Assembly (NCBI GenBank): GCA_035281445.1
Contig: DATEEA010000083.1
Coordinates: 6,625-70,624, forward strand
From: Candidatus Polarisedimenticolia bacterium
GTDB lineage: Bacteria > Acidobacteriota > Polarisedimenticolia > JACPZX01 > DASXTC01
Direction: 5' to 3'
DNA: 64,000 bases
A program made the translations under genes and the position numbers. The notes beneath the pieces were generated by a model. The model had not been told where the DNA came from and made no database searches. It saw only the letters and a program-made list of their open reading frames with translations. How positions within the stretch are numbered: the stretch's first letter is position 1; every line of letters begins with the position of its first letter. Positions 57,501-64,000 of this stretch are shown piece after piece.

Positions 57501-57679
57501 AGGAACCGCCGGTATCCCTGCATGGCTTGATCCAGGCCCTGCTCGACCTTCGCCTCCTGCAAGTCAGGGCGGACGTCGCGCAGCTCCGCCAGCGTCGCCA
57601 GCGCAGCCCTCTCCGGCCGGGCGGCGCAGCCGCCGGCGAGAACCGGCACGAGCGCCAGGCAGACGGCCAGGCGGCGCAT
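54581..57679 (-). CDS. Large (1032 aa) TPR-repeat lipoprotein (GltD/NfsD-like)
   Basis: It has a lipoprotein signal ([19 protein letters not shown], lipobox LAGGC) followed by TPR-like helical repeats throughout. Its ATGA overlaps the upstream gene. Confidence 0.75.
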   Translation of the reverse strand: MRRLAVCLALVPVLAGGCAARPERAALATLAELRDVRPDLQEAKVEQGLDQAMQGYRRFLEETPETPMTPEAMRRLADLQIEKQFGLRADDGKVRELAAPQPALADADTMDPSPAVAGAGLTESEADFEQRTTAASGFLGPGGAVPPGLAGVREDPQGPIEAIALYERLLAEYPSYRHNDQVLYQMARALDELGRTDEAMETMERMIRANPQSEHFDEVQFRRGEYFFTRKRYREAEGAYSPIIERGAASEYYELALYKLGWTLYKQDFYEEALHKYMALLDHKVSIGYDFDERQAEDDERRVADTFRVISLSFNNLGGADAVRDYFSASGNRSYEDRVYAHLGEHYLAKLRYDDAAKTYRTFTALYPFHRAAPDFGMRIVETFTQGEFPKLVLESKRDFAARYGLKAEYWSHFRPEERPEVLAYLKTNLKDLATHYHAQYQGAAAADEKLASYQEALRWYGGYLESFPTDADSPPINYQFADLLLEHKDYREAARQYERTAYGYPPHDQSAAAGYAAIYAYREEMKASGQEQRETVQRDTVASSIRFADTFPDHEHVPAILGAAADDLYEMKSYPEAIAAAQRVIDAYPGAGRDIGRSAWVVVAHGSFELADYLRAEQAYGQVLSATPEDDPSRAALVDNLAASIYKQGELAKEAQDHRVAADHFLRIRSAAPDSTIRAAAEYDAGAALMELQDWTAAASVLEAFREEHPGHALHLEATRQIAFAYRQSGQVSRSAEEYERLASESGDPALRGEALLVAGSLHEESQAPGRALDAYRRYVAEFPQPVETALETRFKIAEIHKTRHDEPLYRQELADIVRIDAEAGPHRTGRTRTLAARSALVLSEHLYQEFLAVKLLQPFETSLQDKKQRMDAAIEAMNRLVEYEIGDVTAAATHYMAEIYLDFSRSLAESERPADLPQAELQEYELALEEEAFPFEEKAIAFHEKNLELMRAGLASPWVEKSLAKLVELMPGRYARTETSGGFLRAIDTYIYRTPAAQAAVPAPGDPPVDPAKPEPAVVEEQRMDDADPE

Positions 57680-59571
57680 CAGCGCCCCTCCGGGGCGGCC
57701 TGGGCGTGCGCCGCCCGGTCGTAGCTGTCGGCGGCCGCGTAGCGCGCCTGCATCTGCTGGGCCACCAGGCGCTCCCTGCGAGCGGTGAGCTGGTTGATGG
57801 CCACGGTCTCGATCATCTGTCCCTGGCGGGCCATCAGGAGGTCGACCTGTTCCTGCGCTTCGGCGACGCTCTGTCGAAGCCGCCGGATCGTGGTGTCGTA
57901 GCCCGCGTGGCTGTGCGTGGCCGCCTGCCTCGCCCTCACGAAGGCGGCGTACTGTCGGTGGAGGATCTCCACCTGCTCGTCCAGCTCCTTGAGGTGGGCG
58001 TGCGCCGCGGTGAGCCTCTCGTGGTACTCCGTCTCCAGCCTCCAGACGAGGACGCCGCGCAGTCGGGCGGTTCGCTGCCGGATGGCGGCCGCCTGAGGAC
58101 CGTCCGAGCCGCCGATCTGCCTCTCCATGAGCGCGATGGCCTCCGCGGCGGCCAGCTCCTCCGCCGTGGCCAGGTGGTCCGGCCTGGGGGAGGTCAGCAT
58201 CGCCTGAAGGCGATCGTTGAGGTGCCGGCGCTGCTCGAGGCGAAGTCGCATGCGAGAGTCGAGCTCCCGGAACTGCGCATCGACCGCCGGCAGCAGCGGC
58301 TCGTAGTTCTCGCGGCGGAGCCGGATGATGTCCTCGAAGGAGTCCAGGCTGGTCTTCCAGGTGCCGAGTCTGGACCTGAGATCTTCGAGATCGAGATGGT
58401 TCTGCAGCGCCGTCTGGAAGTCGTGCGAGGCCATGAGCTCCATCAGGTAATAGGTCTCCGGAGCGTCGGGGAGCGAGCGCAGGCGGATGACCCAGGTGTT
58501 GTCGTGGCGGGCCTCTTCGCGAGTCAACGCCGTGAGAAAGCGCCCTTCACGGATGCTCTCGATGGAGGCGTCGACCTTCGCGATCTGCCCGCCGAACGAG
58601 CGCAGCGCGCGCTCGTACAGGAGCGCCGCCCTGCCGTGCAGGTTCAGGCTGGCGTAGGCGTGCGGAGCGGCCAGCATCGCCTCCTGCACCGCCGCGTCGG
58701 TCTGCTCGCGATCCAGCAGGATGTTCCAGGGGACGAGCGCCCGGTCGTAGCGTCCCGCCGTGGCGTCGGCCCACCCGGACCGCAGCAGCGCCTGGTTCGA
58801 GAACGGCCCTTCCAGCCGGATGCGGTCCAGCGACTGCCTCGCCCGATCGAAGTCGGCGGACTCGAACAGGATGGTCCCGAGGACCAGGTTGGACTTGTCC
58901 CGGATGGCCAGGGCGGCGGCGTCGGCGGCCGGGAGCCGCCCCGCCCTCTCGAGCTGCTCGACGGCTTCCTGCGGCCTGGCGTCCTGCAGCAGAGCGATCC
59001 CCAGGTTGTAGGCGGCGAACCCGCCCAGGCCCTCATCGCCTCCACCGCTCCCCAGCCTCGCCAGCACCTCCGCGGCCTCCGCCGCACGGCCGGTCGCCAT
59101 GTAGATGTTCGCGCGCAGGAACTCGATGTCGTCCTGGATGCCCTCGGGCACCGTCCCTTCGATCCGGGCCAGCGCGTGCAGAGCCTCCTCGAGCTGATCC
59201 TTCTGGAAGTGGATGCGGGCCAGGCGGAAGGCGGCCTCGTTGCGGACGGCCTGGTCCACCGCCCCCTCCAGGACCGCCTTGATGGCGCGTCCCGCGCGGT
59301 GGTGCATCCGGTAGCTCAGCTCGAAGTCGCCGACGAAGAACTCGGCGTCACCGGCGTGAACGTGCAGCGTGTCGAGGGCCGGCTCGTCGAGCGCGCGGTA
59401 CTGAGCCAGCTCGACGTCCAGCCTCTCCAGCGCGTCGAAGAAGCGTCCCTGGTAGGCGTGATAGAGCGCCTCGCCGAAGTGCAGATCCCTCAGGTCCGCT
59501 CCGCCCGCCGGAGAGGCCGCGGCCGCCAGGGCCAGACCGAGGAGGATCCGCCTGCGCGGCGCGCGTCGCAT
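57679..59571 (-). CDS. Periplasmic TPR-like helical-repeat protein (630 aa; GltE/NfsE-like)
   Basis: It has a signal peptide (MRRAPRRRILLGLALAAAASPAGGA). The N-terminal half is TPR-like and the C-terminal half is coiled-coil rich. Confidence 0.65.
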   Translation of the reverse strand: MRRAPRRRILLGLALAAAASPAGGADLRDLHFGEALYHAYQGRFFDALERLDVELAQYRALDEPALDTLHVHAGDAEFFVGDFELSYRMHHRAGRAIKAVLEGAVDQAVRNEAAFRLARIHFQKDQLEEALHALARIEGTVPEGIQDDIEFLRANIYMATGRAAEAAEVLARLGSGGGDEGLGGFAAYNLGIALLQDARPQEAVEQLERAGRLPAADAAALAIRDKSNLVLGTILFESADFDRARQSLDRIRLEGPFSNQALLRSGWADATAGRYDRALVPWNILLDREQTDAAVQEAMLAAPHAYASLNLHGRAALLYERALRSFGGQIAKVDASIESIREGRFLTALTREEARHDNTWVIRLRSLPDAPETYYLMELMASHDFQTALQNHLDLEDLRSRLGTWKTSLDSFEDIIRLRRENYEPLLPAVDAQFRELDSRMRLRLEQRRHLNDRLQAMLTSPRPDHLATAEELAAAEAIALMERQIGGSDGPQAAAIRQRTARLRGVLVWRLETEYHERLTAAHAHLKELDEQVEILHRQYAAFVRARQAATHSHAGYDTTIRRLRQSVAEAQEQVDLLMARQGQMIETVAINQLTARRERLVAQQMQARYAAADSYDRAAHAQAAPEGR

Positions 59572-59574
59572 CGA

Positions 59575-60123
59575 TCACCATTCCCCAAGGGCGATCGGCG
59601 TGCCGGACGACGGCCCGCCCAGCGTCAGCCCGACCAGCTTCGGCTTCACCTCCTTGCGGAAGGTGAAGCTCTCCGTGCGGCTGAAGTCGGCGCCCCCTTC
59701 CAGCTTGCCGTTCACCAGCACCTCGAGCTGATGATCTCCCGTCGCCAGGTTGCCGGCGTGGATCCGCTGCACCCCCCCTTTGCGCAGCGCCTCCAGCTCC
59801 TTGGCGCTGTAGATGGAGTGGGCGACGAGCTGGCCGTCGATCCGGAGACGCACCGCATCGAGCCGCAGGGTGTCTCCCTTGGCCAGAGCGACGAAGATGG
59901 CCACCTGCGTCCCCGACGGGTAGAGGAGCTTCTCCTCCAGCCTGCGCAGCTCCTCGGAGATGCGCAGCACGTCGGACTTGATGGCCTGGACCTCTTCGTC
60001 GAGGCCCTTCATCTTCTGCCGGTCATCCCGCTGCTGTTGCTGCTGCTGTTGCTCGGCGCCGCCGGGCGCCGTGGCCAGGCAGAGGAGAAGCGCGAAACAG
60101 ACTCCCCAGGTGTTCAGCCGCAT
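59575..60123 (-). CDS. Periplasmic coiled-coil protein (182 aa) with a poly-Gln tract; first gene of the cluster
   Basis: The start is MRLNTWGVCFALLLCLATAPGGAEQQQQQQQRDDRQKMKGLDEEVQAIKSD.... It has a signal peptide, a (CAG)7-encoded Q7 tract, a coiled coil and a beta-rich C-terminus. The track ORF is over-extended to 60399. Confidence 0.5.
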   Translation of the reverse strand: MRLNTWGVCFALLLCLATAPGGAEQQQQQQQRDDRQKMKGLDEEVQAIKSDVLRISEELRRLEEKLLYPSGTQVAIFVALAKGDTLRLDAVRLRIDGQLVAHSIYSAKELEALRKGGVQRIHAGNLATGDHQLEVLVNGKLEGGADFSRTESFTFRKEVKPKLVGLTLGGPSSGTPIALGEW

Positions 60124-60607
60124 GCGATGACTCCAAGGTCGGTGCCGCGTAAACTCCTCCTGTAGGAGAGCGCGCGGCAATTCCTCTTCTTGACCGCCGG
60201 ATGATCCTCCGGCGTCGAACCGCGGGTGACGATTGTGCTGGCTGCGAAGTGCGTCAAGTTCTCGATGTCGGGGGGAATCCAGCAAGTCGGGAGCGACACG
60301 ATCCGTCGCGGCTGTCGAGGCCGGGCGCCGCATCGCCGGAATCCGGACCGGGCGCACCGGGCATGCGCCGCCAGGAAAGCTCAGGAAGGACGGCCGCATC
60401 GGCGGGAGGGGAGGAGGAGACTTTATCGGTTCGGAGGGCAGGGCGGCCGGGGGCCGAACCCGTATGCGGCATCGAGGTGGTTCAATGGACGCGGGATGCG
60501 CCTCGCAGTATGGAGCCAGGTCAGGGCCGAGTGGACCATCCGGCCGGTTCCGCGATGTCCACGGGGAGTGACGCGGGCACGACGGGCCGGCGCCCGATCT
60601 CAGGAGG

Positions 60608-61633
60608 TTATTTGGCGGCGGATCCTGCCGAGTGTGAACTCCCTCCGTCGCGGCTCCCGCGTCCCGGCCGGACCGGGGCCTCGGAGCTCCGGCGCCATGC
60701 GGCCGGGGCGAGGCCCATCTCGCGCTTGAAGGCGCGGCTGAACGCGGCTTCGGACTCGTATCCGACCTCGCCCGCGACGCCCGCCACGGTCTGCCGGCTG
60801 CTGCGGAGGAGGTCCCCCGCCAGCCGCAGCCGCCAGCGGGCGAGGTATTGCATCGGAGGCTGGCCGACGAGAGAGGTAAACCTCTCGGCCAGCACCGAAC
60901 GGGACACGCCCACCGCGCGCGCCAGCTCCTCCACCGTCCAGCCGCCGGCCGGCTTGGAGTGAATCAGGGCGAGCGCCCTGCCCACGGACGGATCGCGCAG
61001 CCCCGCGAGCCATCCGGTCTGGTCAGCGGGCATGGTCTCGATGTGTCTGCGGATGGCCTCCAAGAACATCAGCTCCGAGATCTTCGCGAGCATGGCGCCG
61101 GCACCGGTGCGCTGCGCGGCGGACTCCGCGACGCTGAAGCGGATGGAGGACGTCAGCCACTGGGCCGCGGGTCCGTCGCGCATGCTGACGATCATGACCC
61201 GGGGCAGCGCCGCGAGGACCGTCTCGAAGAGCGAGGAATGACAGGCGAGGTATCCGCAGACCATCCTTGTGGCCGCGCCGCCGCCTCCGTGCCGGACGCG
61301 AGGGACGTCGTCCGGGCCGCGCCGCACCACGAAGGGTTCGCCCGGCACCGGCAGGCGGGAGAGGTCGCTGCCGAGGGCGTGCGCCTCTCCGCCCGGGATG
61401 ACGACGAGATCTCCCGTCCCGGCGGACACCGGCGCCTGTCCAGCCACGGAGACCTGGCACCGCCCCTCGGTCACCAAGTGGTAGAAGACGACATGCTGGG
61501 CATCCGGAAGGTGCTCGATGCACACCTCGACGCCCGCCGGCTCGCCGATGCACCATGGCTCGCCGAACTCGGCGTCCATGAACACGGCGCCGGTGAGCCG
61601 GACGATCCTCAGCACGTCGGATAGAGCGTCCAA
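60608..61633 (-). CDS. AraC-family transcriptional regulator with an N-terminal cupin-type sensor domain
   Basis: The C-terminal HTH_18 is ...WTVEELARAVGVSRSVLAERFTSLVGQPPMQYLARWRLRLAGDLL...ESEAAFSRAFKREMG. The N-terminal cupin region has the typical family start (M)DALSDVLRIVRLTGAVF. I place the start at a TTG with a GTGGAGGA Shine-Dalgarno (61633). The track ATG at 61753 would put two 11-bp direct repeats inside the coding sequence. Confidence 0.65.
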   Translation of the reverse strand: MDALSDVLRIVRLTGAVFMDAEFGEPWCIGEPAGVEVCIEHLPDAQHVVFYHLVTEGRCQVSVAGQAPVSAGTGDLVVIPGGEAHALGSDLSRLPVPGEPFVVRRGPDDVPRVRHGGGGAATRMVCGYLACHSSLFETVLAALPRVMIVSMRDGPAAQWLTSSIRFSVAESAAQRTGAGAMLAKISELMFLEAIRRHIETMPADQTGWLAGLRDPSVGRALALIHSKPAGGWTVEELARAVGVSRSVLAERFTSLVGQPPMQYLARWRLRLAGDLLRSSRQTVAGVAGEVGYESEAAFSRAFKREMGLAPAAWRRSSEAPVRPGRGSRDGGSSHSAGSAAK

Positions 61634-61649
61634 TGGGTCCTCCACGTCG

Positions 61650-61683
61650 AATCCGGAGTCCAGGGCAAGAGATCCGGAGTCCC
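61650..61683. promoter_or_regulatory. Two copies of the 11-bp direct repeat ATCCGGAGTCC spaced 21 bp (two helical turns), in the divergent AraC/diiron promoter region
   Basis: The plus strand reads gaATCCGGAGTCCagggcaagagATCCGGAGTCCcgg. Direct repeats at 21-bp periodicity are the classic AraC-family binding-site layout. The site lies ~110-140 nt upstream of the diiron gene ATG. Confidence 0.3.
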
Positions 61684-61790
61684 GGTCATGGGCGGGCGCG
61701 GGGCCGCCGCGGATACTAACACCCGTCACGCGGCCCACCAAGATCAGCCGCATTCACAGCAACGACCTGGAACCCAAGAGGAGAACAGGC

Positions 61791-62726
61791 ATGACCGTGA
61801 TGGAGCAGCAGGCCGTCAAAGAGCGCTACGAGAAGTGCATCCAGGCGTCGAAGCGAGTCCGCTGGGACATCGACCGCGACGTCATCCGCGGCCGCCGGCT
61901 CGACTTCTCCCGGACGTTCCTTCCCGACGCCATCTCCAAGGTCAGCGAGCTCGGCTTCCTCGACGCGGCAGGACGGCGGCAGCTGAGCCAGATACAGGGG
62001 CGCACCTATGCCAACATGTTCGGCCTCGTCGAGCGCTTCATCAGCGCCAAGATGCTCGAAGTCAGCCGCGACCACTGGCTCGGCGACCAGACCAAGCTGG
62101 AGGCGCTGGTCCGCTTCACGGACGAGGAGCTGAAGCACCAGGAGCTGTTCCGCCGCATCGAGTCCATGGCGGCGGAGGGCATGCCCGAGGGCTATCAGTT
62201 CGCTCCGCAGCCCAACGACGTGGCCTCGGTCGTGCTCGGGAAGTCGACCTGGGCCGTGCTCGCGCTCACCTGCCACATCGAGCTCTTCACCCTGGAGCAC
62301 TACCGCGCCAGCATCGAGCCCGACGCGGACCTCTCGGAACTCTATAAGGACGTGTTCCTGTACCACTGGAAGGAGGAGTCGCAGCACGCCATCCTGGACG
62401 AGCTGGAGTGGCGGCGCGAAGATGCAGGCCTCTCGCCGGTGGAGCGCGACCGGGCCGTCGACGACCTGATCGAGCTCGTGGCCGCGGTCGACGGGCTGCT
62501 GCAAGCGCAGGCGTCCGCCGACGCGGCGTACTTCGTGAAGATCTCCGGACGGAGCTTCCAGCCCAAAGAGGTGGAGCGGCTCCACGCGGCGGTGCTCGAG
62601 TCCTACCGCTGGCAGTACATCGTCTCGGGAGTGGAGAGCCCGCGTTTCATGGGGATCCTCGGCAGCATGATCACATCGGGCCAGGCCGCGCGCGTCCGCG
62701 AGGCCCTGGCGCCGATTTTGGGCTGA
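61791..62726 (+). CDS. Ferritin-like diiron-carboxylate protein (AurF/diiron N-oxygenase-like family)
   Basis: A 311-aa ORF starting MTVMEQQAVKERYEKC after AAGAGGAGA. It has several E-x2-3-H pairs on predicted helices (EELKHQELF; HIELFTLEHY; KEESQHAILDELEW) consistent with a four-helix-bundle diiron site. The track ORF starts spuriously at 61518. Confidence 0.6.
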   Translation: MTVMEQQAVKERYEKCIQASKRVRWDIDRDVIRGRRLDFSRTFLPDAISKVSELGFLDAAGRRQLSQIQGRTYANMFGLVERFISAKMLEVSRDHWLGDQTKLEALVRFTDEELKHQELFRRIESMAAEGMPEGYQFAPQPNDVASVVLGKSTWAVLALTCHIELFTLEHYRASIEPDADLSELYKDVFLYHWKEESQHAILDELEWRREDAGLSPVERDRAVDDLIELVAAVDGLLQAQASADAAYFVKISGRSFQPKEVERLHAAVLESYRWQYIVSGVESPRFMGILGSMITSGQAARVREALAPILG

Positions 62727-62787
62727 CCACCGGCCGGCGTCGAGGCTCCCTTCCCGGGGGCGGGACGCCGAGGACCCGGCAGCCGAT

Positions 62788-62872
62788 CCCCGTCGGCGGG
62801 CATTTCACCTACCGCCTCGTGTTCCCGGATCCGGGCCTGTACCGGTACCACTCGCACATCCGGGAGGACTGA
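62788..62872 (+). pseudogene. Fragment of a multicopper oxidase gene (domain-1 WYHSH region) ending in a premature stop
   Basis: The translation ...GGHFTYRLVFPDPGLYRYHSHIRED* matches the MCO consensus FTYxFxAxQxGTYWYHSH. Only ~28 codons are coherent. Upstream in-frame sequence is non-protein-like. Confidence 0.3.
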
Positions 62873-62899
62873 CAGAGCCCGTGCGACCCGGGCGTGCTG

Positions 62900-63050
62900 G
62901 TCGCGGTGCACCTTGGGGTCACACCACAGCGGGACATCGTAGGGCTCAGACGGGGCGGGCGACAGAGCGGGGAGTTCCTCGGCCAGGAACTGCTCCAGTG
63001 GCAGCCGCCCGGTGCTGCTGTGGCGTCGCCGGCCGTACTCCACGAGGCCT
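62900..63050 (-). mobile_element. Remnant of an IS3/IS481-type DDE transposase/integrase C-terminus
   Basis: The minus-strand translation ...GFRGLVEYGRRRHSSTGRLPLEQF... matches the conserved integrase core C-terminal motif YNxxRPHSALGYLTPxEF. No intact ORF, inverted repeats or upstream catalytic DDE region was seen. Confidence 0.3.
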
Positions 63051-63230
63051 CGGAATCCAACAGATGGCGACCGCCCGTGCTTGGCGGCGCATCGAGGCAA
63101 GCCGACTCGCAGCAAGACAGAGAACGCCGAATTGAATAGATTCTCGCGCGAAAGAGGCGTATCGTTGGCGGGATCGGGACTGTTTTCTCGCTTCCCAGAG
63201 ATGAGGGACGATTATCCCGAGGGAGGCGAT

Positions 63231-64000
63231 CATGGAAGGCCGGAGCATCCGGGCGGGCTTTGCGATCTCGATGCTGGCCTTTGCCGGGCTTTTCGATCAG
63301 GGGCCGATCCAGCGTAAGACCCTGCACAATGAGGGGGATCTCGCGCTGGTCGACGCGGCGATCGACGCCGCGGTACACAGCCCCGCCGGGACGTCGATCA
63401 CCGTTGTTGGCGAGGTCATCTTCAATGGTCCATTCCGGGGCGGCGCGCCGTTCAACGGCCGCGGCACCGCGGTGTTCAACGATGGCTGCAGTCCGGGCGA
63501 CAGCCCCGCGGTCGTTCCCTTCGAAGGGGGCGTGCGCTTCGGCCCTGCCAGCGCGCTGACGATCGAGCTGGGCGCCACGACGTTCGGGAGCTTCGACCGC
63601 CTCGAGATCCAGGCGGGTCTCGAAGCCGGCGGCGCGCTGGTGGTCGTCCTGCTGCCCGGCTTCGCCGGAAACCCGGGCGACAGCTACGAGATCGCCACGG
63701 CGGCCGGCATCACGGGAAGCTTCACCTACACGCCCCCGAACGTCGGACAGGGCGTCACGCTGGCGCTCCAGCAGACCTCCACGTCGATCCGGCTCACCGT
63801 CGCGGCCGACTGCAACGGGAACAACATCGCCGACGCGGACGAGGTCGCCCAGAACCCCGCGCAGGACTGCGACGGCAACCTTATCCCTGACAGTTGCGAC
63901 ATCTCCGGTGGCGCCAGCGACACCAACGCCAACGGCTATCTCGACACGTGCGAGGTCTGCCTGCTCGACGTGGCCGCGGCCGGGCTGTCGTGGACGCCGC
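63231..64000 (+). CDS. Secreted protein (5' partial CDS running off the window) with C-terminal dockerin/EF-hand-like calcium-binding repeats
   Basis: An ATG (~63231) is preceded by GGGAGG and a low-GC promoter-like stretch. The N-terminus is hydrophobic (MEGRSIRAGFAISMLAFAGLF). Three repeats match D-x-[ND]-x-N-x-[IL]-x-D-x-x-[DE] (DCNGNNIADADEV, DCDGNLIPDSCDI, DTNANGYLDTCEV). The frame is open to the window end, so it is absent from the ORF track. Confidence 0.55.

Noticed and set aside
54845-60165. Long plus-strand ORFs (54845..57724, 57073..60165) antisense to the TPR genes
   Set aside because: They are Arg/Gly/Pro-rich and antisense to genes with signal peptides, a lipobox and TPR periodicity.
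60124-60607. 480-nt non-coding region between the cluster's first gene and the AraC gene, checked for small RNA, riboswitch or tRNA
   Set aside because: No recognisable tRNA cloverleaf, riboswitch consensus or terminator was found by eye. It is probably a long 5' leader or promoter region. The short ORF 60114..60299 is Arg-rich with no support.
1-64000. rRNA, tRNA, CRISPR and prophage/integron signatures anywhere in the window
   Set aside because: None recognised. The only mobile-element trace is the decayed integrase motif at ~62.9-63.05 kb.

Overview
This is a 64 kb, very GC-rich (~70%) bacterial chromosomal fragment with tightly packed, frequently overlapping genes; the gene content suggests an Acidobacteria/Myxococcota-like soil bacterium (guess). 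Because of the GC content the six-frame track is full of long spurious ORFs. I kept only ORFs with recognisable domain signatures, signal peptides or operon logic, and re-derived several start codons by codon arithmetic from the track ends. My by-eye base counting may be off by ±1-3 nt at sub-feature sites.

Content in order:
- 1-2.8 kb: a VOC-family C-terminal fragment, a class I/II aminotransferase and a B12-binding radical SAM enzyme.
- 2.8-11.2 kb: an RND efflux operon (small NHLP-like ORF, TolC-like OMF, MFP, RND pump) next to a sigma-54 enhancer-binding protein with tandem GAF domains; a candidate -24/-12 promoter sits in front of the operon.
- 11.2-18.1 kb: a Ser/Thr kinase-PD40 fusion, YaiI, a CPBP protease, and a GAF histidine kinase paired with a REC-PP2C response regulator.
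- 18.1-23.2 kb: a DUF1028 protein and a membrane-anchored thioredoxin-fold ORF with an in-frame TGA directly before a U-P-V-C redox motif (candidate selenoprotein), translationally coupled by TTGA to a PD40-amidohydrolase.
- 23.3-31.8 kb: EttA, an AbgT-family transporter, and peptide-type ABC permeases plus substrate-binding protein with no ATPase gene in the window.
- 31.8-39.8 kb: an unusual ATPase-TPR-SARP regulator followed by an S8 subtilase whose N-terminus carries five identical IRWNDVGG nonapeptide repeats, then an ArsR/MFS divergent pair.
- 39.8-61.6 kb: an 11-gene co-oriented cluster (~39.8-60.1 kb) with a divergently transcribed AraC regulator at 60.6-61.6 kb (minus strand). The cluster comprises a periplasmic coiled-coil protein, three TPR proteins, a small secreted protein, ExbB, two ExbD, a TonB-like protein with an AgmX/PglI-type C-terminal domain, a 1711-aa DUF11/SdrD-B repeat surface protein and a 1689-aa protein with three OmpA domains plus a beta-barrel. 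This resembles the Agl-Glt/Nfs core (GltD/E/G-like proteins plus a Tol/Exb motor) with unusual cargo.
- 61.6-64 kb: a diiron (AurF-like) protein, a multicopper-oxidase gene fragment beside an IS integrase remnant, and a partial secreted protein with dockerin-like calcium-binding repeats.

No rRNA, tRNA or CRISPR array was recognised.
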